Source: Megasphaera sp. AM44-1BH (lineage in GTDB: Bacteria > Bacillota > Negativicutes > Veillonellales > Megasphaeraceae). Taken from it: DNA of 40,000 nt. A program made the position numbers and the translations under genes. The stretch covers positions 17,980 through 57,979 of the forward strand of contig NZ_QSFA01000011.1 of NCBI RefSeq assembly GCF_003467125.1, in the 5' to 3' direction. Positions 35,444 to 40,000 of the stretch are shown piece by piece (position 1 is the first letter of the stretch; every line of letters begins with the position of its first letter). The notes below the pieces were generated by a model. That model was not told the origin of the DNA, ran no database searches, and saw nothing but the letters and a program-made list of their open reading frames with translations.

Positions 35444-36734
35444 AGATGATGGATATAGCAATATCGTCGTCTCCAGGACGATTCAGAAAGACCATATGAC
35501 GGACAGGGACCGCCGTTTTTATACGGAACTGGTTTATGGAACCATCCGCTATCTGAATTATCTGGACTGGATCATTGAAAAGCTGAGTTCCCGTACCATC
35601 AAAAAGCTTGACCCTGTGTGTCTGGTCATTTTACGCATGGGATTATATCAGATATTTGGTATGTCCAAAATACCCGAATCGGCGGCTTGCAATGAAGCGG
35701 TCAAGATGGCACGGCGTTTTGGCAACCGCGGTATGGCTGGCTTTGTCAATGCCCTGTTACGGAATAGTATCCGCCGCCGCTTGGAATTCCAGATTCCCGG
35801 TCTTGCTGAAGATGCTCCGCTTCATCTGTCTCTGACGTATCATCAGCCCCTGTGGCTGGTCAAAAAATGGATTCATGAGTATGGTACAGATGACTCGGTA
35901 CGTATTTGCCAGTACTTCGATTCTATTCCCGACCTGTGTCTGAGGACGAACACACAGCGTATCAGCCGTGATGAACTGTTGCAGCGGTTTTCCCAGCGGG
36001 GACTAGAGGCTGTGGCGGCCTCTTTTGCGCCGGAAGGAATTTATCTTAAGGATAATCCGGGCATTCAGGATTTGCAGGAAATCCATGACGGACTGGCCAT
36101 GATACAGGATGAACCGTCCCAGCTCGTCGCCCATGCACTGGATCCGCAGCCTCATGAACTCATTTTTGACGTCTGCGCGGCCCCAGGAGGCAAGACGACC
36201 CATATAGCGGCCCTGGCCGGCCCGGATACTACCGTCTATGGCTGTGATATCTATGAACATAAACTGAAACTCATTGAAAGCAATGCCCGTACGTTGCACC
36301 TTGCCAATGTACGGACCTTGTTGCAGGATGCCTGTACCATCGGCGAAAAGTATAGAGGAAAGGCCGACCGGGTACTGGTAGACGCACCCTGCTCCGGTCT
36401 TGGTGTCCTTAGGCGCAAACTGGATCTGCGCTGGCGGAAACGGGCAGAGGACTTGCAGAAACTGCCTGCACTGCAGAGCCGTATTCTGGAAAGCGCAGCT
36501 GCCTGCGTCCGGCCAGGTGGTGTTCTTGTCTATAGTACCTGCACGATGAATGATGGGGAAAACAGTCAGGTTGTCCAGAATTTCCTGCAGAATCATCAGG
36601 AATACAAGGCAGAAAACATCGGTACTCTCTGCGGACTCAATAAGTCCGGTCCATTCATCCAGCTCCTGCCGCAGGATGATGGGATGGATGGTTTCTTTAT
36701 CGCACGTCTGAGAAAGGAAGAACATTGTGACTGA
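35397..36734 (+). CDS. rsmB: 16S rRNA (cytosine967-C5)-methyltransferase RsmB
   Basis: NusB-like N-terminus, SAM motif DVCAAPGGKT, and catalytic DAPCSG and YSTCT. Confidence 0.85.
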   Translation: MNVRETAFHSLLTICKDDGYSNIVVSRTIQKDHMTDRDRRFYTELVYGTIRYLNYLDWIIEKLSSRTIKKLDPVCLVILRMGLYQIFGMSKIPESAACNEAVKMARRFGNRGMAGFVNALLRNSIRRRLEFQIPGLAEDAPLHLSLTYHQPLWLVKKWIHEYGTDDSVRICQYFDSIPDLCLRTNTQRISRDELLQRFSQRGLEAVAASFAPEGIYLKDNPGIQDLQEIHDGLAMIQDEPSQLVAHALDPQPHELIFDVCAAPGGKTTHIAALAGPDTTVYGCDIYEHKLKLIESNARTLHLANVRTLLQDACTIGEKYRGKADRVLVDAPCSGLGVLRRKLDLRWRKRAEDLQKLPALQSRILESAAACVRPGGVLVYSTCTMNDGENSQVVQNFLQNHQEYKAENIGTLCGLNKSGPFIQLLPQDDGMDGFFIARLRKEEHCD

Positions 36735-37752
36735 TATTTTGAGCATGACAGAAAAGGAATTGCGTCATTTTCTGGAAACGAATGGCATGAAGCAGTTCCG
36801 GGCCAGTCAGATTTTTCATTACTTGTATAAGGATAATATCTGGCAATGGCAGGATATGCGCCTGCTTCCGCAAAAAGACAGAGAGTATCTCCAGGAGAAA
36901 GCACCGCTCTATATTCCTGATGTCGTGTCCCGGCTGGATGCGCCTGATGGGACCGTCAAGTTGCTGTTGAGGCTTTTTGATGGCAACACCGTGGAAACTG
37001 TACTCATGCGCCATCCCTACGGCAATTCGATCTGTCTGTCATCCCAGGTAGGCTGTGCCGTAAATTGTGCTTTCTGTGCATCAGCTAAAAATGGTTTTGT
37101 CCGCAATCTGACAACGGGAGAAATGATATCCCAGCTCCTGGCATTCCGGAAATATGTGACGGCAGACCTCCATTCCATCGTGCTCATGGGAACTGGTGAA
37201 CCGCTGCTGAATTATGATGCTGTCATCAAATTTATGCGGCTGATTCACGAAAAGGATACTTTTTATCTTGGATATCGCAATATGACTCTTTCTACGTCAG
37301 GTATTGTTCCCCGCATGTACGATCTGGCAGCGGAACAGATGCCCATTACGCTGGCTGTTTCCCTCCATGCGCCGACAGATGAACTGCGCAGGCAGATTAT
37401 GCCTATTGCACAGCAGTATCCTCTGGAAAAGGTACTGGAAGCAGCAGACCATTATTTCCAGGAAACAGGGCGGAAGGTCACCTTTGAATATATCCTGATC
37501 AAAGATGTGAACTGTAATTCTGCCTGTGCCCGCGGTCTCATTGATTTACTGGGAGGCAAGAATGTATTAGTCAATGCCATCCCTATTAATGATAACTATG
37601 ATGTAGGATTATACCGGCCCGGTCATAAAGCTATACAGGATTTTGTGGAAACACTGCAGCGCCATGGTCTGTCGGTCACACTGCGCCGGGAAATGGGCAG
37701 TAAAATCCAGGCTGCCTGCGGACAGTTGCGCATAAAGCATCTGAATCCGTAA
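36727..37752 (+). CDS. rlmN: 23S rRNA/tRNA (adenine-C2)-methyltransferase RlmN (radical SAM)
   Basis: Motifs SSQVGCAVNCAFCAS and GTGEPL, plus a C-terminal Cys (AACGQL). The start is GTG 36727 or ATG 36745. Confidence 0.9.
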   Translation: MTDILSMTEKELRHFLETNGMKQFRASQIFHYLYKDNIWQWQDMRLLPQKDREYLQEKAPLYIPDVVSRLDAPDGTVKLLLRLFDGNTVETVLMRHPYGNSICLSSQVGCAVNCAFCASAKNGFVRNLTTGEMISQLLAFRKYVTADLHSIVLMGTGEPLLNYDAVIKFMRLIHEKDTFYLGYRNMTLSTSGIVPRMYDLAAEQMPITLAVSLHAPTDELRRQIMPIAQQYPLEKVLEAADHYFQETGRKVTFEYILIKDVNCNSACARGLIDLLGGKNVLVNAIPINDNYDVGLYRPGHKAIQDFVETLQRHGLSVTLRREMGSKIQAACGQLRIKHLNP

Positions 37753-37759
37753 GAAGCAA

Positions 37760-37788
37760 TTGACAGCATTCTTCAGATATGCTATGTA
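37760..37788 (+). promoter_or_regulatory. Candidate sigma70 promoter upstream of the phosphatase/kinase pair
   Basis: TTGACA (37760-37765), a 17-nt spacer and TATGTA (37783-37788). Confidence 0.35.
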
Positions 37789-37833
37789 TTATAGGAGTAT
37801 AGAGTATACGCACCGTCGAGAGGACGTGAGAAT

Positions 37834-38544
37834 TTGGGAACATATGGTGAATCTAAAATAGGCCTGGTGCGCAAAGTCAATGAAGATTCATACTATATCA
37901 GTGCTGATCAGGATGTATTGGCCGTTGCCGATGGCATGGGCGGATACGTTGGTGGCGAAATAGCCAGCAAGACAGCTGTTAAAGCGATTGCCTATTATTT
38001 TGATAATTACACATTTACAGCTCCCGTACAATTGGAAAAAGCCGTTCAATATGCCAATTCCTGCATTCTCAGCAAGACGATGATTGATCCGTCGCTGAAG
38101 GGGATGGGAACGACTGTATCGTTAGTGACCTTATCGGGCGAACGGGCTTTCTGGGCACATGTCGGCGACAGCCGGATTTATCTGTATCATGATCATGAAT
38201 TGCAGCAAATCTCGAAAGACCATACGATTGTACAGGTCCTGATGGAAAAAGGAAAAATCACAGAAGAAGAAGCCAAGGATCATCCGAAGCGGCATGTTCT
38301 TACCCGTGCCGTCGGCGTTGACCGCAATTTATTAGTAGACAGCGGAATTTTCCAGATACATCATGGTGACCGGCTGCTCCTTTGTTCTGACGGATTAACC
38401 TCTTTTGTCAGCCAGGAAGAATTATGTGAGGCACTGGGGAATACAGCACTCAGTGAACGGGAAATCATTAATACGTTATTTGACCGTGTGTATGAAAATG
38501 GTGCAAAAGATAATGTGACAGCTGTACTTAAAACCGTTGAGTGA
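37834..38544 (+). CDS. PP2C-family Ser/Thr protein phosphatase (Stp/PrpC)
   Basis: Motifs RKVNEDSYY, VADGMGG, GMGTT, GDSR and CSDGL. TTG start. Precedes the PASTA kinase gene. Confidence 0.85.
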   Translation: MGTYGESKIGLVRKVNEDSYYISADQDVLAVADGMGGYVGGEIASKTAVKAIAYYFDNYTFTAPVQLEKAVQYANSCILSKTMIDPSLKGMGTTVSLVTLSGERAFWAHVGDSRIYLYHDHELQQISKDHTIVQVLMEKGKITEEEAKDHPKRHVLTRAVGVDRNLLVDSGIFQIHHGDRLLLCSDGLTSFVSQEELCEALGNTALSEREIINTLFDRVYENGAKDNVTAVLKTVE

Positions 38545-38579
38545 ACAGATACCTGCTATGAAAGTGGTGGAAATCAGAA

Positions 38580-40000
38580 ATGATTGGTCATATCTTAGAC
38601 AATCGATATAAGATATTGGAAAAAGTGGGTAGCGGCGGCATGGCCAGCGTGTACAAGGCACAGGATATCCTCCTGGACCGTATTGTCGCGGTCAAGGTCC
38701 TGCATAGCAAATATGCCAGTGATCACGATTTCGTCGTGCGCTTCCGTCAGGAAGCCCAGGCTGCGGCCAAATTGTCCCATCCCAATATTGTAAATATATA
38801 TGACGTCGGTTACGACGAAAATGCGCATTATATCGTTATGGAATATGTGCGCGGCGAAACACTGAAGGAATATATTGAAAAACATGGACATCTGCCAATC
38901 AATACGTCTATCCAGATTACTTTTGATATTGGCGAAGCATTGGAACACGCCCATGCGAACGGGATTGTCCATTGTGATATCAAACCGCACAATATCCTGG
39001 TGACAGAAACCGGGCGGATCAAAGTGGCCGATTTTGGCATTGCCAGAGCCATTAATTCCAGTGCGACTAATAAAGGGGATAACTCTGTTCTTGGATCGGT
39101 TCATTATTTTTCACCGGAACAGGCCAGCGGTGGTAAAATCGATGAACGGACGGATATTTATTCCCTCGGCGTCGTCATGTATGAAATGATGACCGGCGTC
39201 GTCCCCTTTGAAGGAGATACGGCTATCAGTGTGGCCCTGCAGCATGTGCAGGACGATATCCCCCTGCCGAGCAAGTACAACCGCCGGATCCCGCAGCTGG
39301 TAGAACGATGCATACTGAAGGCCATGGCCAAGAATCCGGACGACCGGTTCCAGTCTGTTACAGAAATGATGTCGGAACTGCGAATGGCCCAGGGATTTGT
39401 CAATACTAATAAGGCCAAGGGCGCACCGCCGATTATCAAAAATAATTTTAATACGCAGAAACTGCAGCCGCTGAAAGAACGGCAGGAACCCAGAAAGAAG
39501 GGCATTATTGCCCGTTTTGTCGATTCAATCAGCAATCATTCCAAAAAATCTATTATTATCGGGATGATGCTGGTATTTGTAGCGACTTTTGCCTGGGCCT
39601 TTTTCTCCTTCGGTAACTTCTGGAGTACAGAAAATATCACCGTACCCGATGTGACGGGAAAACAGGTGGAAATCGCCAAGAGTATATTGAAGAAGAAAAA
39701 TCTCGATGTGTCTGTCAAAGAAGTGGAAAGCTCCGATGTGCCAATTGGTGAAGTCATCAGTCAGACTCCGTCAGGTGGTGCTGTCGTCAAAGCACAGCGG
39801 ACGATCCATCTGACAGTCAGCAAGGGCAATAAGGGAGAAGAAGTGCTGATCCCGGATCTGAAAGGGCTGACGATGGATGAGGCAGAAAAAATCCTGAAAG
39901 AAATAGGCCTTTCCATTGGTAAGGTCAAGTATGAAGCCAGTGATTCTGTCGAAAATGGACATATCATCAGTCAGAGCCCCAAATCGCCTAATAAAGTAGA
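38580..40000 (+). CDS. prkC: Ser/Thr protein kinase with PASTA repeats (PrkC/PknB-type). The 3' end is outside the window
   Basis: Hand translation is open from ATG 38580 to the window end. Motifs GSGGMASVYKA, HCDIKPHN and DFGIA, a TM segment (IIIGMMLVFVATFAWAFF), then PASTA-like repeats (VPDVTGKQ.., IPDLKGLT..). It is absent from the ORF track because no stop falls in the window. Confidence 0.9.
   Translation, partial: MIGHILDNRYKILEKVGSGGMASVYKAQDILLDRIVAVKVLHSKYASDHDFVVRFRQEAQAAAKLSHPNIVNIYDVGYDENAHYIVMEYVRGETLKEYIEKHGHLPINTSIQITFDIGEALEHAHANGIVHCDIKPHNILVTETGRIKVADFGIARAINSSATNKGDNSVLGSVHYFSPEQASGGKIDERTDIYSLGVVMYEMMTGVVPFEGDTAISVALQHVQDDIPLPSKYNRRIPQLVERCILKAMAKNPDDRFQSVTEMMSELRMAQGFVNTNKAKGAPPIIKNNFNTQKLQPLKERQEPRKKGIIARFVDSISNHSKKSIIIGMMLVFVATFAWAFFSFGNFWSTENITVPDVTGKQVEIAKSILKKKNLDVSVKEVESSDVPIGEVISQTPSGGAVVKAQRTIHLTVSKGNKGEEVLIPDLKGLTMDEAEKILKEIGLSIGKVKYEASDSVENGHIISQSPKSPNKV

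Noticed and set aside
1-40000. CRISPR arrays, IS elements/transposases, integrase/recombinase, rRNA
   Set aside because: I saw no regularly spaced repeats, terminal inverted repeats with a transposase, or integrase-like ORFs on either strand. The integrase of this prophage must lie outside the window.
25559-40000. Host block scanned for inserted accessory genes or defence systems
   Set aside because: The gene order nifS-mnmA-lepA-hemW-priA-def-fmt-DUF116-rsmB-rlmN-stp-prkC is contiguous and tightly packed, and every ORF has clear housekeeping motifs. The only oddity is a 47-nt overlap between the DUF116 and rsmB ORFs, which probably depends on start-codon choice.

Overview
The first ~25.3 kb is the right-hand (late) part of a PBSX/Xkd-type contractile-tailed prophage. 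All late genes are on the + strand in the order terS, terL, portal, scaffold, capsid, MuF, connectors, sheath, tube, chaperone, tape measure, baseplate, fibres, holin, amidase. The integrase, lysogeny and replication modules must lie left of the window. The prophage ends in AT-rich non-coding DNA next to a minus-strand tRNA. The remaining ~14.6 kb is an ordinary Firmicutes-type housekeeping block: nifS-mnmA, lepA-hemW, priA, def-fmt-DUF116-rsmB-rlmN, then a PP2C phosphatase and a PASTA kinase that runs off the window. Five things deserve a second look. (1) A low-GC cassette is grafted onto the C-terminus of the capsid-internal MuF/gp7 protein. It comprises an unassignable 133-aa His/Trp-rich domain, an overlapping 83-aa ORF and its own terminator, and it looks like a virion-delivered effector/toxin with a cognate immunity partner. 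(2) There is a decayed diversity-generating retroelement: an A-depleted variable region at the end of the receptor-binding gene, a GC hairpin, an avd-like gene, and only the C-terminal third of the reverse transcriptase, with no template repeat in the window. (3) The junction tRNA has a 6-nt anticodon loop. (4) A phage-borne tRNA-Trp sits behind a structured leader. (5) A DUF2188 moron with its own promoter and terminator lies between terS and terL. All family calls rest on motif recognition by eye and on synteny. No database search or folding program was run.
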